Assembly: GCA_963718865.1 (NCBI GenBank) | Contig: CAVRAE010000003.1 | Coordinates: 859,518-923,517, forward strand | Direction: 5' to 3' | Source: an uncultured Gammaproteobacteria bacterium | GTDB lineage: Bacteria; Pseudomonadota; Gammaproteobacteria; Steroidobacterales; Steroidobacteraceae | Length of the DNA: 64,000 bases | Part shown: positions 52,900-64,000 of the stretch, one piece after another | How positions within the stretch are numbered: the stretch's first letter is position 1 | Layout: each line of letters starts with the position of its first letter | The notes under the pieces: model-generated | What the model saw: only the letters and a program-made list of their open reading frames with translations | Told to the model about the DNA's origin: nothing | Databases searched by the model: none | Position numbers and translations under genes: made by a program

Positions 52900-55050
52900 A
52901 TGACCCTACCCCTGCGTCGTTCCTCTGGCTGGATCACTGCCTGCGTCCTGGCGGCCCTCGCACTGGCGCTGGCGGGCTCGGTGCAGGCCCCTGCCGGCAC
53001 TTCGATCCTGCCCCCCGGGGTCCTCGCCCCGAGCGACGCGCAGCGCGCCACGGCCCGCAAGGTCGGACGGATCCTCGAGGAGGCGCACTACAGCCGTGCC
53101 TCGCTCGACGAAAAGATGTCGCAGGTCGTCTACGCGCGGTACCTGGAGTTCCTCGACGGCCAGAAGAGCTACTTCCTCGCCGGCGACGTGCGCGACTTCA
53201 ATGTCTATCGACTGCAGTTCGGCAACATGATCCGCACCGGCGACATCGACCCGGCGTATCTGATCTTCGCCCGCTTCCAGCAGCGCAACCGCGAACGCAT
53301 GCAGCACGCCATCGCGCTGCTGCAGACTGAGCCGGACTGGACCATCAACGAGTCGTTCGAATTTGACCGCACGCACGCCGACTGGCCGGCGGACCAGGCG
53401 GCCATGGACGACCTGTGGCGCAAACGCGTAAAGAACGACGCGCTGTCGCTGCTCTTGACGGGCAAGACCTGGCCGGAGGCGGCCGAGATCCTGAAGAAGC
53501 GCTATGAGCGCGTGCTCAAGCGCGTCGACCAGGTGAGCTCCGAGGACGTGTTCGAGAATCTGATGAACGCCTATGCGCGGGCCTTCGATCCGCATTCGAG
53601 TTACTTCTCGCCGCGCTCCTCCGAGGAATACCGCATCCAGATGAGTCTCAACTACGACGGCATCGGCGCCTCGCTGCAGGTGGTTGACGACTACGTGACC
53701 ATCATGAACGTGCTGGAAGGCGGCCCGGCCGCCGTCGCCGGCACCCTGAACAACAACGACCGGATCACCGGCGTCGGCCAGGGCCATGACGGGCCCTTCA
53801 CGGACGTGATCGGCTTGCGCCTGGATGACGTCGTGCAGCTGATCCGCGGCAAGGCCGGCACTACGGTGCGTCTGCAGGTGTTGCCCGCCGGCGCAGCCCC
53901 GGGAACCAAGGAGAAGGTGCTGGAGTTCGTGCGCAACAAGGTGACGCTCGAAGCGCAGGCCGCGCACAAGCAGGTGAAGAGCGTCGTGCGCAACGGCCGT
54001 ACGCTGAAGATTGGCGTCATCACGGTGCCGGGCTTCTATGAGGACGTCGCGGCGCAGAGCGCCGGTGACCCGAATTACCGCAGCACCACGCGCGATGTGC
54101 TGAAGCTGGTGCGCGAACTGCGGGCCGAAAACGTCGATGGCCTGGTGCTCGACCTGCGCGACAACGGCGGCGGCTACCTGCCGGAGGCCACCGCGCTCAC
54201 CGGGCTGTTCATCGAGCACGGGCCGGTGGTGCAGCTGCGCGACACCAGTGGCAGAACCGAGGTACTGGACGACCCGGAAAGCGCCCCTGCCTACGACGGG
54301 CCACTGGCAGTGCTGGTGGATCGCCTGAGCGCTTCGGCTTCCGAGATTTTCGCCGGCGCGATCCAGGACTATCACCGCGGCCTGATCCTGGGGCAGACCA
54401 CCTTCGGCAAAGGCACGGTGCAGAACCTGGTGCCGCTTGATCGCTGGTCCAAAGAGCCGGTGAACGGGCAGCTCACCGTGACCATCGGCAAGTTCTACCG
54501 GGTCACGGGCGAGAGCACCCAGGAGAAAGGCGTGGAGCCGGACGTGTCGCTCGCCTCGGTGCTCGACACCAAGGAGGTCGGCGAGAAAGCCCTCGAATCA
54601 GCACTCCCCTGGGACCGCATCGCCGGTGTGCCCTTCAAGGCGAGCATCGGCACCGCCGCCGCGCCTGCGGTGGCGGCGCTGGCCTCGGAAGAGGATGCCC
54701 GCGCGCATCACGATCCGGACTACCGCTGGCTGATGTCGGACATCGCGGCGATCGACTCCGAGCGCGACCAGCACAGCGTGTCGCTGAATCTCAGCGTACG
54801 GCGCGAAGAACGCGCGCGCATGGAAAAAGAACGCCTGGAGCGTGAGAACACCCGCCGGGCGGCAAAGAACGAGCCGCCGTTCAAGAGCATCGAGGAACTG
54901 GACAAGTCCGCCAAGGACAGCAAGGACAAGCCCAAGGACGCGGCCGCTGACGTGCTGCTCGACCAGGCCGCTCAGATCATGGCAGACATGGTGGTTGGCG
55001 CGCGCCCGGCGCCGCAGCAGAAAACCGCGCGCGTGAGTGAGCCGGGCTAA
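52900..55050 (+). CDS. prc: tail-specific (C-terminal processing) protease Prc, S41A family
   Basis: Signal peptide, PDZ region, and the catalytic block LAVLVDRLSASASEIFAGAIQDY..G...G..TFGKGTVQ. Confidence 0.95.
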   Translation: MTLPLRRSSGWITACVLAALALALAGSVQAPAGTSILPPGVLAPSDAQRATARKVGRILEEAHYSRASLDEKMSQVVYARYLEFLDGQKSYFLAGDVRDFNVYRLQFGNMIRTGDIDPAYLIFARFQQRNRERMQHAIALLQTEPDWTINESFEFDRTHADWPADQAAMDDLWRKRVKNDALSLLLTGKTWPEAAEILKKRYERVLKRVDQVSSEDVFENLMNAYARAFDPHSSYFSPRSSEEYRIQMSLNYDGIGASLQVVDDYVTIMNVLEGGPAAVAGTLNNNDRITGVGQGHDGPFTDVIGLRLDDVVQLIRGKAGTTVRLQVLPAGAAPGTKEKVLEFVRNKVTLEAQAAHKQVKSVVRNGRTLKIGVITVPGFYEDVAAQSAGDPNYRSTTRDVLKLVRELRAENVDGLVLDLRDNGGGYLPEATALTGLFIEHGPVVQLRDTSGRTEVLDDPESAPAYDGPLAVLVDRLSASASEIFAGAIQDYHRGLILGQTTFGKGTVQNLVPLDRWSKEPVNGQLTVTIGKFYRVTGESTQEKGVEPDVSLASVLDTKEVGEKALESALPWDRIAGVPFKASIGTAAAPAVAALASEEDARAHHDPDYRWLMSDIAAIDSERDQHSVSLNLSVRREERARMEKERLERENTRRAAKNEPPFKSIEELDKSAKDSKDKPKDAAADVLLDQAAQIMADMVVGARPAPQQKTARVSEPG

Positions 55051-56111
55051 CGCAGCAGGATCCGGAACAGGTCCCAGGTATCTTCGCTCAGCACGTTCGG
55101 CAGCGGCGCGCCGTCGGAGCCGCGGGCCGGCTCCTGCATTACGTCCGCGGCGCTCGCGTTGAGCGAGTCGGTCACCGGGGTGGTGTCGCCAGGTCCCCGG
55201 TAACGCGCACCCGCGGTGAGCGCCCCGGTACGCGCCTTGATCTCCGCCGCCAGCGTGTCACGGCGCTCGAGCAGCTGATGCGCACGCTGGATCTGCCCCA
55301 TGAGCAGGACGCACTCGCGCGGTGAACCGTAGTCATCCGTAGCCTCGCGGCGACCCGTGGCATCACGCGCCATCTGCACCAGCGGTGGCTTCACGACCAC
55401 CAGCCGCAGGCACAACACCTGCGCATACGCGATGGCGGCGATGTTTATCGCGCGCCGCGCCGGCAGTGACAGGCCGGGAAACTGCGGAGCGCTCTCGCGC
55501 TCCAGATCCTCGACGGCACGCTGCGCCTGGTTGAGGGAACTGCCGGCCGCTGCGGCGGCGGCGTGCGCCGCGGTCACACGCTGCTCGAGGCGGCGACGTT
55601 TGAAGTAGTGCCACAGCCGCGTCAGCTGCGCGCGTTGCGCTTCCAGGGCGGCGACTTCCCCGGCGGCTTGCGCCGCCAGGGACTGCGCGGCCTGCAGCTG
55701 CGTCGCCGCGGTCTGCCGCCGGGCGAACAGTCGCCGGTTGTGGTGCGCGAGGTGCGCGCGCCGCTCACGCTCCTCCTGCTGGCGCACGAGATCGGCAACG
55801 AACTGCTTTATGAGGTCACGGCCCGCCTGCCACAGGCGGCGCAACTGGTAGAACACCAGCGCCGGATAGGCGGACTCCGCCACGCCCAGCCGCCCCTCGA
55901 GCGTGTTGAGCATGTCCAGGGAGCGCTGGCTCGCCCCCTCCTGCTGCTTGACGAGATCCTGCAGGCGGTAGATCTCCTCCTGCAGGTCGCCGTAAGCCTT
56001 CTTCAGTTCCGCGCGATTGCGAAACAAGGCCAGCACCCGATGGTCCTCTTCGGGGGGACCGTCGGTGCGCAGGCTGAGCTTGAGAAATCCGAGTTGTCGC
56101 AGCGCCTTCAT
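55047..56111 (-). CDS. hypothetical coiled-coil protein
   Basis: 354-aa intact ORF with a long Gln/Ala/Arg-rich heptad-like central region. No recognisable family. Confidence 0.5.
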   Translation of the reverse strand: MKALRQLGFLKLSLRTDGPPEEDHRVLALFRNRAELKKAYGDLQEEIYRLQDLVKQQEGASQRSLDMLNTLEGRLGVAESAYPALVFYQLRRLWQAGRDLIKQFVADLVRQQEERERRAHLAHHNRRLFARRQTAATQLQAAQSLAAQAAGEVAALEAQRAQLTRLWHYFKRRRLEQRVTAAHAAAAAAGSSLNQAQRAVEDLERESAPQFPGLSLPARRAINIAAIAYAQVLCLRLVVVKPPLVQMARDATGRREATDDYGSPRECVLLMGQIQRAHQLLERRDTLAAEIKARTGALTAGARYRGPGDTTPVTDSLNASAADVMQEPARGSDGAPLPNVLSEDTWDLFRILLR

Positions 56112-56139
56112 GAGAAATGCGGCGGGGAAACCGCCCTCC

Positions 56140-56595
56140 TCATGCGCCGCGGGTGAGCCTCGTCCGGGATGAGAAGCGATGACCTCGCTCCACGCAGTAT
56201 TCCAGCCACTTGTTTAACATTACGTTGCGTGCCCAGCGCTGATCCAGTTCACGCTCCGCGCTACCGCGCAGGGCCTTGAGAATGGGCTGGCTGTGACTCT
56301 CCGCCCACTGCTGCGCTTCAACGAGATGCGCGTCATGGTAAATGCGCACCCCCATGTCCGGGTAGTGCAGCGCGCCGTGCTGCTGGGGCAGCAGATAGGT
56401 CAAATTGACGGTGCTGGTGTAGGGGGAGCGCTCGGTGACGGTGAGAACAAGATCACAGTCGCCGCGGGCGCAGGAGCGGTGCTGGCCGGCGAGCTCGCCG
56501 AGCGCGCCTGCGAGCCAGCCGAAGCGAATGAAATTGCTTTCGTACAATCCCATCAGCGCGACGAAGCTGCGCGGGCGGGCGCGCCAGGAAACCAC
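56140..56595 (-). CDS. DUF1249 (YqiB-like) protein
   Basis: FVALMGLYESNF...YTSTVNLTY...MGVRIYHDAHLVEA...RNVMLNKWLEYCVERGH parallels E. coli YqiB. The start is uncertain (GTG 56595 or ATG 56553). Confidence 0.65.
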   Translation of the reverse strand: MVSWRARPRSFVALMGLYESNFIRFGWLAGALGELAGQHRSCARGDCDLVLTVTERSPYTSTVNLTYLLPQQHGALHYPDMGVRIYHDAHLVEAQQWAESHSQPILKALRGSAERELDQRWARNVMLNKWLEYCVERGHRFSSRTRLTRGA

Positions 56596-56795
56596 GGTCT
56601 GCGTATCGGTGAGCAACACGCCAGTGACTATAACGCACAAGCACGGTGCCGCAAGTGCGATGCATGCTGCATTTCGCACCTGCGCGCGACCGCCGGAGCG
56701 CTTGCAAGTTCCGTGCGACACGCAGTGCTCGCGTTGTGACGCGGATCATGCGATCGTTATTGGCTCGCGTGCACCCCGCACCCTGCGGCCGCCGT

Positions 56796-57617
56796 TCACG
56801 GCCGCAGGCGTCGTTCAATGCCGCTGGTGTTGAGAATGCGGCTGGCGATTTCCTCGATCGAGCACTCGGTCGTGTCCAGCGACGGAATCGCATAGCGCGC
56901 GAACATCGCCTGCGCGGTGCGCAGCTCGTACTGCACCTGCTGGCTCGAGGAATAGCGGCTGTCCGGCCGGCGCTCGTTGCGGATCTGCTGCAGCCGCGCG
57001 GGCGTAATGGTGAGCGCGTAGAGCTTGCTGCGATACGGCTCGAGGCGCGCCGGCAGCTTGCCGGCCTCCAGGTCCTCTTCCGTGAGCGGATAGTTGGCGG
57101 CAAATACCCCGTACTGCAGCGCCATGTACACGCACGTCGGGGTCTTGCCGACGCGCGACACGCCGATCAGCACCACATCGGCATGCGCGTAGTCACCGCC
57201 GCTGCCGTCGTCATTGGCGAGCGCGAAGTTGGTGGCGTTGATGCGGGTGGTGTAAGCGGCAAGGTCCGCAATGCCGTGCGCGCGGCCCGCGCGGTGCGTC
57301 GAACGGGTGTTGAGTTCGCGCTCCAGCGGCCCCACGAAGGCCGCAAAAAAATCCAGGAACAGGCCGTCGGACGTCATCACGATGTCGCGCAGCTCGTCCT
57401 GCACCAGGGTACTGAACACGATCGGCCGCAGGCCCTGTTCCTCGGCCGCGCGGTTGATGCGGCGGACCGTCTCGCGCGCCTTGTCAACGTCCAACACAAA
57501 TGGCAAAGTCACCGGCCGAAATTCCAGTCCCTCGAACTGCGTCATGAGGCTGTGGCCGAGTGTTTCCGCGGTCACGCCCGTCTGGTCCGAAACGAAAAAA
57601 ACGGTTCGACGGCTCAT
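56796..57617 (-). CDS. ppsR: PEP synthase regulatory protein (bifunctional kinase/pyrophosphorylase, DUF299)
   Basis: RTVFFVSDQTGVTAETLGHSL and the P-loop-like VVLIGVSRVGKTPTCVYMA. Divergent from ppsA. Confidence 0.9.
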   Translation of the reverse strand: MSRRTVFFVSDQTGVTAETLGHSLMTQFEGLEFRPVTLPFVLDVDKARETVRRINRAAEEQGLRPIVFSTLVQDELRDIVMTSDGLFLDFFAAFVGPLERELNTRSTHRAGRAHGIADLAAYTTRINATNFALANDDGSGGDYAHADVVLIGVSRVGKTPTCVYMALQYGVFAANYPLTEEDLEAGKLPARLEPYRSKLYALTITPARLQQIRNERRPDSRYSSSQQVQYELRTAQAMFARYAIPSLDTTECSIEEIASRILNTSGIERRLRP

Positions 57618-57732
57618 GCTGCGGGCAATTTCCTCGAAGGGGCGCTGGTGGCGATGAGTTGTTAGTCTTTCACTGCGCGTGCAGGCAAGCAAGCGCCGCC
57701 GGCGCGGCGGATTTTCCGCAAAAGGAGCTTCG

Positions 57733-60141
57733 TTGAACGCCTACGTCATCCCGTTCGAGCAAGTGAGCATGCGCGACGTCGAAACGGTCGGCGGCAAGAA
57801 CGCATCCCTGGGAGAAATGATCGGCGGACTCGCGAAGCTTGGCGTGCAGGTGCCGGGCGGCTTCGCCACCACCGCGCAGGCCTACCGCGAGTTCCTCGCC
57901 CAGGGCGGCCTCGACGCACGCATCCGCGCGGAGTTGCAGGCGCTCAACGTTGACGACGTCACGAAACTGGCCGCCAGCGGCGCGCGCATCCGCCAATGGA
58001 TCCTCGCCACGCCCTTCACGCCGGCGCTCACCGCCGCGGTTACCGCGGCACTCACCGGCATGAGTGCCGGCAGGGACATCGCCGTGGCGGTGCGCTCGTC
58101 GGCGACCGCGGAAGATCTGCCGCAGGCCTCGTTCGCCGGCCAGCAGGAGACTTTCCTCAACGTGCGCGGTACCGCCGCGGTACTGGGCACCATGCACGAG
58201 GTATTCGCCTCGCTCTTCAATGACCGCGCGATCTCCTACCGCGTGCACCAGGGGTTCGATCACAGCGCGGTGGCGCTGTCGGCCGGCGTGCAGCACATGG
58301 TGCGCAGCGATCTGGGCGCCAGCGGCGTCATGTTCACGCTCGACACCGATTCGGGCTTCAGGGACGTGGTGTTCATCACCGCGTCGTGGGGGCTGGGCGA
58401 GACCGTGGTGCAGGGCGCGGTGAACCCGGACGAGTTTTATCTGTATAAGCCGGCGCTGCGCGCCGGCAAGCACGCGGTCCTGCGACGCAACCTCGGCAGC
58501 AAGGCCGTCAAGATGGTGTACGCACCGGCAGGCTCCGCGCAACGGGTGAACACCGTCGAGGTGCCGCAGGCGGACCGGCAGCGCTTCTGCCTGGACGATG
58601 CGGATCTGGTCACCCTGGCGCGCCAGGCGCTGCTCATCGAGGAGCACTACGCGCGCCCGATGGACATCGAATGGGCGCGCGACGGCGCCAGCGGCGCCAT
58701 CTACATCCTGCAGGCGCGTCCCGAGACGGTGCAGAGCCGCGCCGGCCGCACCATCCTGCGCTACACGCTCAAAGGGCGCTCGCGGGTGCTCGCCACCGGG
58801 CGCAGCATCGGCCAGCGTATCGGCGCCGGTACCGCCCGGGTGATCAAAAGCTCGGCGGAAATGGCGCGGGTGCAGAACGGCGACGTGCTGGTCGCGGACA
58901 TGACCGACCCGGACTGGGAGCCGGTCATGAAGCGCGCTGCCGCCATCGTCACCAACCGCGGCGGACGCACCTGCCACGCGGCCATCATCGCCCGCGAACT
59001 GGGAATTGCCGCGGTGGTGGGCTGCACCGATGCAACCGAGCGCATCCGTGAAGGCCAGGAAGTCACGGTCTCGTGCGCCGAGGGTGACACCGGCCACGTC
59101 TACGAGGGACTGCTGGACTTCGAGCGCAAGCAGATCGAACTCGACGCGCTGCCGAAGATTCCGCTCAAGATCATGATGAACGTCGGCAACCCCGATCGGG
59201 CCTTCGATTTTGCCGGCATACCCAACCACGGGGTGGGGCTGGCACGGCTGGAGTTCATCATCAACCGCATGATCGGCGTGCACCCGCGGGCGCTGCTCGA
59301 GTTCGACCGCCTCGACGGCGAGCTGCAGGCGCAGATCCGCACCCAGATGGCAGGCTACGCCGACCCGGTGAGCTTTTACGTCGAAAAGCTCAGCGAGGGG
59401 ATCGCGCAGATCGCCGCGGCATTTGCGCCCGAACCGGTGATCGTGCGCCTGTCGGACTTCAAGTCGAACGAATACGCCAACCTCATCGGCGGGGCGCGCT
59501 ACGAGCCGCAGGAAGAAAACCCCATGCTGGGTTTCCGGGGTGCCGCACGCTACGTGGACGAGACCTTCCGCCCCTGCTTTGAGCTGGAGTGCCGCGCCCT
59601 GAAGCGCGTGCGCGAACTCATGGGCCTCACCAACGTGCAGGTCATGGTGCCGTTCGTGCGCAGCGTCGAGGAGGCACGCCAGGTCACGCAGCTGCTGGCG
59701 CAGAATGGACTAAAGCGCGGTGAGAATGGCCTCACCGTGATCATGATGTGCGAGCTGCCGACCAACGCCCTGCTGGCGGACCAGTATCTGGAATACTTCG
59801 ATGGCATGTCGATCGGCTCGAACGACATGACGCAGCTCACCCTGGGACTTGATCGGGATTCGGCGATCGTCGCGCGCCAGTTTGACGAGCGTGACGAGGC
59901 GGTGCGCAAGCTCCTGTCGATGGCCATCAGCGCCTGCCGCAAGGCCGGCAAGTACGTCGGCATCTGCGGCCAGGGCCCGTCGGATCACCCGGACCTGGCG
60001 CGCTGGCTGCTCGACGAAGGCATCGGCAGCATGTCGCTCAACCCCGATACGGTGGTGGAGACGTGGCTGTTCCTCGCCCAGTCCGCGGGCGACACGGCGC
60101 CCGCCGCCGGCGCCAAGCCGCCCAGGCAACCCAAGGGCTAA
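57733..60141 (+). CDS. ppsA: phosphoenolpyruvate synthase
   Basis: [12 protein letters not shown], the phospho-His block [18 protein letters not shown], and the C-terminal TIM-barrel block [15 protein letters not shown] 57733 is preceded by AAGGAG. Confidence 0.95.
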   Translation: MNAYVIPFEQVSMRDVETVGGKNASLGEMIGGLAKLGVQVPGGFATTAQAYREFLAQGGLDARIRAELQALNVDDVTKLAASGARIRQWILATPFTPALTAAVTAALTGMSAGRDIAVAVRSSATAEDLPQASFAGQQETFLNVRGTAAVLGTMHEVFASLFNDRAISYRVHQGFDHSAVALSAGVQHMVRSDLGASGVMFTLDTDSGFRDVVFITASWGLGETVVQGAVNPDEFYLYKPALRAGKHAVLRRNLGSKAVKMVYAPAGSAQRVNTVEVPQADRQRFCLDDADLVTLARQALLIEEHYARPMDIEWARDGASGAIYILQARPETVQSRAGRTILRYTLKGRSRVLATGRSIGQRIGAGTARVIKSSAEMARVQNGDVLVADMTDPDWEPVMKRAAAIVTNRGGRTCHAAIIARELGIAAVVGCTDATERIREGQEVTVSCAEGDTGHVYEGLLDFERKQIELDALPKIPLKIMMNVGNPDRAFDFAGIPNHGVGLARLEFIINRMIGVHPRALLEFDRLDGELQAQIRTQMAGYADPVSFYVEKLSEGIAQIAAAFAPEPVIVRLSDFKSNEYANLIGGARYEPQEENPMLGFRGAARYVDETFRPCFELECRALKRVRELMGLTNVQVMVPFVRSVEEARQVTQLLAQNGLKRGENGLTVIMMCELPTNALLADQYLEYFDGMSIGSNDMTQLTLGLDRDSAIVARQFDERDEAVRKLLSMAISACRKAGKYVGICGQGPSDHPDLARWLLDEGIGSMSLNPDTVVETWLFLAQSAGDTAPAAGAKPPRQPKG

Positions 60142-60698
60142 GGCGTGCCGGCGTACGCCGGCGCAAAGAGGCGCGCGCGGTAATGGCGCAGCTCCGCAAT
60201 TGATTCGTGAATGTCGGCCAGCGCCAGGTGCGCGCCGTGCTTCGCGAAGCCTTCCGCCACCCCCGGCGCCCAGCGGCGCGCCAGCTCCTTGAGGGTGCTC
60301 ACATCGAGGTTGCGGTAGTGGAAGAAGTGCTCGAGCTCGGGCATCAGGCGCGCGAGAAAGCGCCGATCCTGGCAGATGCTGTTGCCACACATGGGCGAGC
60401 TGCCGGCAGTGACCAGGGAGCTCAGGAACTCAAGCGTGCGGCGCTGCGCTTCGGCCAGGCTCACGCGGCTGGCGCGCACCCGTGCCACCAGCCCCGAGGA
60501 GCCGTGCTGACGCTGATTCCACTCATCCATGCGCGCAAGCACCTCCTCGCTCTGGTGGACCGCCAGCACCGGCCCCTCGGCGATGACGTTGAGCTCGCGG
60601 TCGGTCACCACCGTCGCGATCTCAATGATTGAATCGGTGTCGGGCTTCAGGCCCGTCATCTCCAGGTCGATCCAGATCAGGTAGTCGGCGCTCGGCAT
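60138..60698 (-). CDS. orn: oligoribonuclease
   Basis: [11 protein letters not shown] (DEDDh exo I), [13 protein letters not shown], and [11 protein letters not shown]. Confidence 0.95.
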   Translation of the reverse strand: MPSADYLIWIDLEMTGLKPDTDSIIEIATVVTDRELNVIAEGPVLAVHQSEEVLARMDEWNQRQHGSSGLVARVRASRVSLAEAQRRTLEFLSSLVTAGSSPMCGNSICQDRRFLARLMPELEHFFHYRNLDVSTLKELARRWAPGVAEGFAKHGAHLALADIHESIAELRHYRARLFAPAYAGTP

Positions 60699-60778
60699 GC
60701 CAGGGTCAGTGGTGGTAGCGTGTCAGGAACGTAAATGAAAGCCGCAATGAGTGTAGCAGACGAGCCTCTGCGGTCCCC

Positions 60779-61696
60779 ATGAGCGACACCCTGGTCGGGC
60801 GGGTAATCGCCGCCTATGGCCGCCACCTGCTGGTGCGCGAAGCCACCGGAAGCGAGCTGCGCGCACGGCCTTTCGGGCGCACGCTGAACGTCGTGTGCGG
60901 CGATGAGGTGCGCTGCCAGATCGACGCGCACCATGAAGAGGTGCACGTCACCGAGGTGCTGCCGCGCACTTCGGCGCTGTGGCGCGCGACGCTGCGAGGC
61001 GGCGCGGAACCGGTGGTGGCCAACCTCACGCATCTGCTGGTGGTGCTGGCACCGCTGCCGGCGCCGGATCTGTTCGTCGTCGACCGCTATCTCGCCGCGG
61101 CGACGGCGGGCGGTATTGCCGCCACTCTCATCGTGAACAAGAGCGACCTCGGCATCGATGCCAGCTTGAGCGCCGCGCTCGCCGTGTACGCGGCGGCCGG
61201 CTATGCCGCACTGCGCTGTTCCGCCGAAACCGGCGACGCGGTGGCCGCACTGCCGGCGATACTCGGCGCGGGCAATATCGCCGCACTCGTCGGGCAATCG
61301 GGCGTCGGCAAGTCCTCGCTGGTGCGCCGGCTGCTGCCGCAGTCGCAGGTAGCGATCGGCGCGCTGGTGCGCGAGGAGGAAGGCCGGCACACGACCACCG
61401 CCGCGCGCCTCTTCGACCTGCCGGGAGGCGCGGCATTGATCGACTCCCCCGGCGTGCGCGACTTCGCGCCGGCGGTGGATGCGCTCGATGAACAAAGTCT
61501 CGGGTTCGTGGAGGTTGCGCGGCTCGCCGGCCAGTGCCGCTTCCAGGATTGTCACCACATGCGCGAGCCGGGGTGCGCGGTGAGCGCGGCGGTGGCAGGC
61601 GGCGAGTTCGATCCGCGGCGCTACGAAAGCTACCGGCGCCTGCGCCGGCTGCGCGAGGAGCTCAGCGCGGCGCGCGGCCCGAAGCGCCGCCGCTAG
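60779..61696 (+). CDS. rsgA: ribosome small-subunit-dependent GTPase A
   Basis: OB domain; circularly permuted GTPase (IVNKSDL ... GQSGVGKSSL); zinc knuckle CRFQDCHHMREPGC. Confidence 0.9.
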   Translation: MSDTLVGRVIAAYGRHLLVREATGSELRARPFGRTLNVVCGDEVRCQIDAHHEEVHVTEVLPRTSALWRATLRGGAEPVVANLTHLLVVLAPLPAPDLFVVDRYLAAATAGGIAATLIVNKSDLGIDASLSAALAVYAAAGYAALRCSAETGDAVAALPAILGAGNIAALVGQSGVGKSSLVRRLLPQSQVAIGALVREEEGRHTTTAARLFDLPGGAALIDSPGVRDFAPAVDALDEQSLGFVEVARLAGQCRFQDCHHMREPGCAVSAAVAGGEFDPRRYESYRRLRRLREELSAARGPKRRR

Positions 61697-62293
61697 CTAT
61701 AACGACTGCCGGCCGGCGAGCGCGTGCGCCAGCGTGCCGCCGTCGACGTACTCGAGCTCCCCGCCGACCGGCACGCCGTGGGCGATGCGGCTGGCGCGGA
61801 TGCCGTGGCGTGCCGCGAGTTCGCTCAGGTAATGCGCGGTCGCCTCGCCCTCGACCGTGGAGTTGGTGGCGAGAATCAGCTCGCGCACCTGGCCCTGCGC
61901 GAGAATCGCCTCGAGCTCGCGGCTGCCGAGTTGTTCAGGCCCAACACCGTCGAGCGGCGATAAGTGTCCCATGAGGACAAAGTAGCGGCCGCGGTAGCTG
62001 CCCGAGGATTCGACGGCGACCACGTCCGCCGGCGACTCGACCGCACACAGCAGCGTCACATCGCGCAGCGGTGCCGCGCAGATCGTGCACAGCTCCCCTT
62101 CCGTGAGCATGCGGCAGCGCTGGCAGCGCTTCACCGACAGCAGCGCCGCATCGAGCGCCGCGGCGAGCGCGCGCGCTCCCGGCCGGCCCTCCTGCAGCAG
62201 CTGAAAGGCCATACGCTGCGCGGTCTTCGGCCCCACGCCGGGCAGCGCGCGCAGCGCTTCGATGAGCCGGGCAAGGTGCGGAGAGTGTTGCAT
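61697..62293 (-). CDS. recR: recombination protein RecR
   Basis: [21 protein letters not shown], the C4 zinc finger [16 protein letters not shown], and a Toprim domain. Confidence 0.95.
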   Translation of the reverse strand: MQHSPHLARLIEALRALPGVGPKTAQRMAFQLLQEGRPGARALAAALDAALLSVKRCQRCRMLTEGELCTICAAPLRDVTLLCAVESPADVVAVESSGSYRGRYFVLMGHLSPLDGVGPEQLGSRELEAILAQGQVRELILATNSTVEGEATAHYLSELAARHGIRASRIAHGVPVGGELEYVDGGTLAHALAGRQSL

Positions 62294-62306
62294 CTTAGGC
62301 GGCGTA

Positions 62307-62630
62307 TCAGAACGGCAGTTTCATGCCCGCCGGCAACTTCATGCCTGCAGTCACGCTCGCCATTTTCTCCTGCACGCGCACTTCCACCTTGTGCACCGCG
62401 TCGTTGGCCGCCGCGGCGATCAGGTCCTCGAGCATCTCGCGGTCCTCGCTGCTGACCGCGGGCTCGATCTGCACGCGCTTCACCTCGTGCCGCCCGTTCA
62501 TGGTGACCTTGACCATGCCGCCGCCGGCCTCACCGATCACCTCGATGTTGCCGATCTCCGCCTGGGCCTTCTGCATGTTGGCCTGCATCGCCTGTGCCTG
62601 TTTCATCAGGTTGTTGAAATTTCCTGCCAT
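62307..62630 (-). CDS. ybaB: nucleoid-associated protein YbaB/EbfC
   Basis: [20 protein letters not shown]...[11 protein letters not shown]. Conserved dnaX-ybaB-recR order. Confidence 0.9.
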   Translation of the reverse strand: MAGNFNNLMKQAQAMQANMQKAQAEIGNIEVIGEAGGGMVKVTMNGRHEVKRVQIEPAVSSEDREMLEDLIAAAANDAVHKVEVRVQEKMASVTAGMKLPAGMKLPF

Positions 62631-62676
62631 GGGGGAGCGACCTGTCAGGCGCCGTGCGCCGTGTGTGAGAGAGGTT

Positions 62677-64000
62677 TCATTTTGCCGGTCGTACCGTATC
62701 GGGCAGTACGGTCGCGCCGAAGCGCTCGCGCAGGCCCTGCACGCCCGGCTCGGTCTCGAATGAGCGGCGCGCGGCGGCGAGTTCAGCCTCCGAGGCACGC
62801 CGCTGTGCCTGCGCCGGAGTCTCCACCCCCGCGGCGACCGCCTGGAACTCCAGCCGCACCGCCGCGCCGAAGTAACGCGACAGCGCCTGGGCGAGCTTGT
62901 CTTCCTGCGCCGGGGTGCGCACCGGCGGGTTGCGCGGATCGAGTCCTAAGCGCACGACGGCGCCCTGGCGCCCGACGAACACGCAATGGCTGGCGAGCTG
63001 GCGTGCCGCACCGGAAAGATCGAGCTGACCGAGGATCTGCGCCCACTGGCCGCCGTCCTCGGCGCGCTCCGCGGCCGGTGGCGCCGCTGCGGGTGCGATG
63101 GCTGCGGCCGCCGCGGTGACCGTCGCCGGTGCGGCGCGCGGCTTGTCAACCGCGGGGCCCGAACGGGCAGCCTCACCGCCGGGCCGGAACGCGATCATGC
63201 GCAACAGCGTCATCTCAAAGCCGGTGCGCGGGTCGGGAGCCAGCGGCAGATCGCGCCTTCCCGTGATTGCGGTCTGGTAGTAGAGCTGCACGTCCTCGGG
63301 CGCGAGCGCGGCGCCCAGCCGCTCCAGCAGCTCCAGCTCATACAACTCGTCGCCCTCATAGTCGCTCACCGTCTGTTTCAGGGCGACGCGCACCAGCAGG
63401 CCCGCAAGCTCATCGAGCACCTGCGCGTAGTCCGGAGCGAACTCCTCGAGAGACTGCGCGCAGCGCACCAGCTCGTTGGTGTCGGCGGCAGCCAGCAGCT
63501 CCACCAGGCGCACCACGTGATCGCGGGAAATCGTTCCCAGCATGGCGCGCGCCTCCGCCTCACCGGCCTGACCGCCGCCGAAGGCGATCAGCTGGTCAAG
63601 GAGCGACAGCGCGTCGCGCACACTGCCATCGGCCGCCTGCGCCACGAGCTTCAGGCCCGCGGCGTCGAACGGCACCGCCTCGCGCTCGAGGATCATGCGC
63701 ATGTGGGCGGCGATGTCCGCCGCCGGCAGGCGCTTGAGGTTGAACTGCAGGCAGCGCGACAACACCGTCACCGGCAGTTTCTGCGGATCGGTGGTCGCGA
63801 GCAGGAACTTCACGTGCGGTGGCGGCTCCTCCAGGGTCTTCAGCAGCGCGTTGAAGGAGTGCGCCGACAGCATGTGCACCTCGTCGATGAGGTACACCTT
63901 GTAGCGGCCGCGCGCCGGGGTGTATTGCACGTTGTCGAGCAGTTCACGCGTATCGTCCACCTTGGTGCGCGAAGCCGCATCGACCTCGATGAGATCCGGA
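62677..64000 (-). CDS. dnaX: DNA polymerase III subunit gamma/tau (partial; N-terminus beyond the window end)
   Basis: [42 protein letters not shown]...[12 protein letters not shown]...TVLSRC. Ala/Pro-rich linker and a tau-specific C-terminus. Confidence 0.95.
   Translation of the reverse strand, partial: PDLIEVDAASRTKVDDTRELLDNVQYTPARGRYKVYLIDEVHMLSAHSFNALLKTLEEPPPHVKFLLATTDPQKLPVTVLSRCLQFNLKRLPAADIAAHMRMILEREAVPFDAAGLKLVAQAADGSVRDALSLLDQLIAFGGGQAGEAEARAMLGTISRDHVVRLVELLAAADTNELVRCAQSLEEFAPDYAQVLDELAGLLVRVALKQTVSDYEGDELYELELLERLGAALAPEDVQLYYQTAITGRRDLPLAPDPRTGFEMTLLRMIAFRPGGEAARSGPAVDKPRAAPATVTAAAAAIAPAAAPPAAERAEDGGQWAQILGQLDLSGAARQLASHCVFVGRQGAVVRLGLDPRNPPVRTPAQEDKLAQALSRYFGAAVRLEFQAVAAGVETPAQAQRRASEAELAAARRSFETEPGVQGLRERFGATVLPDTVRPAK

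Noticed and set aside
62677-64000. Programmed -1 frameshift site in dnaX (gamma subunit)
   Set aside because: No A AAA AAG-type slippery heptamer is visible in the part of the gene present in the window.

Overview
High-GC (roughly two-thirds G+C by eye) proteobacterial chromosome segment, almost entirely core housekeeping genes. Gene order points to a Xanthomonadales-like gammaproteobacterium, but this is inferred from synteny only. Left to right: a small envelope/secreted-protein cluster (FG-GAP lipoprotein, Gly/His-rich secreted protein, beta-barrel, small periplasmic protein); yhhQ-fahA-hmgA with a divergent MarR regulator; the complete 14-gene nuoA-N complex I operon; tRNA-Leu(GAG), secG, tpiA, glmM, folP, ftsH, rlmE, yhbY, greA, carBA, dapB; the dnaJ-dnaK-grpE-hrcA heat-shock cluster; nadK-recN, fur, bamE, rnfH-ratA-smpB; a DUF481 outer-membrane protein; ssrA (tmRNA); an orphan AbrB-type antitoxin; aguB, a Gfo/Idh/MocA oxidoreductase, prc, ppsR/ppsA, orn, rsgA, recR, ybaB and partial dnaX. 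I saw no CRISPR array, IS element, integrase or recognisable defence system. The main finding is that the tmRNA gene is split in its T-loop by a 294-nt sequence with clear group I intron hallmarks. Second-tier observations: a 1-nt frameshift in the otherwise intact folP; a pyrBI-style leader ORF and terminator hairpin in front of carA; two sigma32-type promoters that overlap the stop codons of hrcA and grpE; very tight packing, with many ATGA/GTGA start-stop overlaps and five convergent gene pairs whose stop codons overlap or abut. Many long ORFs in the six-frame track are antisense artefacts of the GC-rich coding sequence and were rejected.
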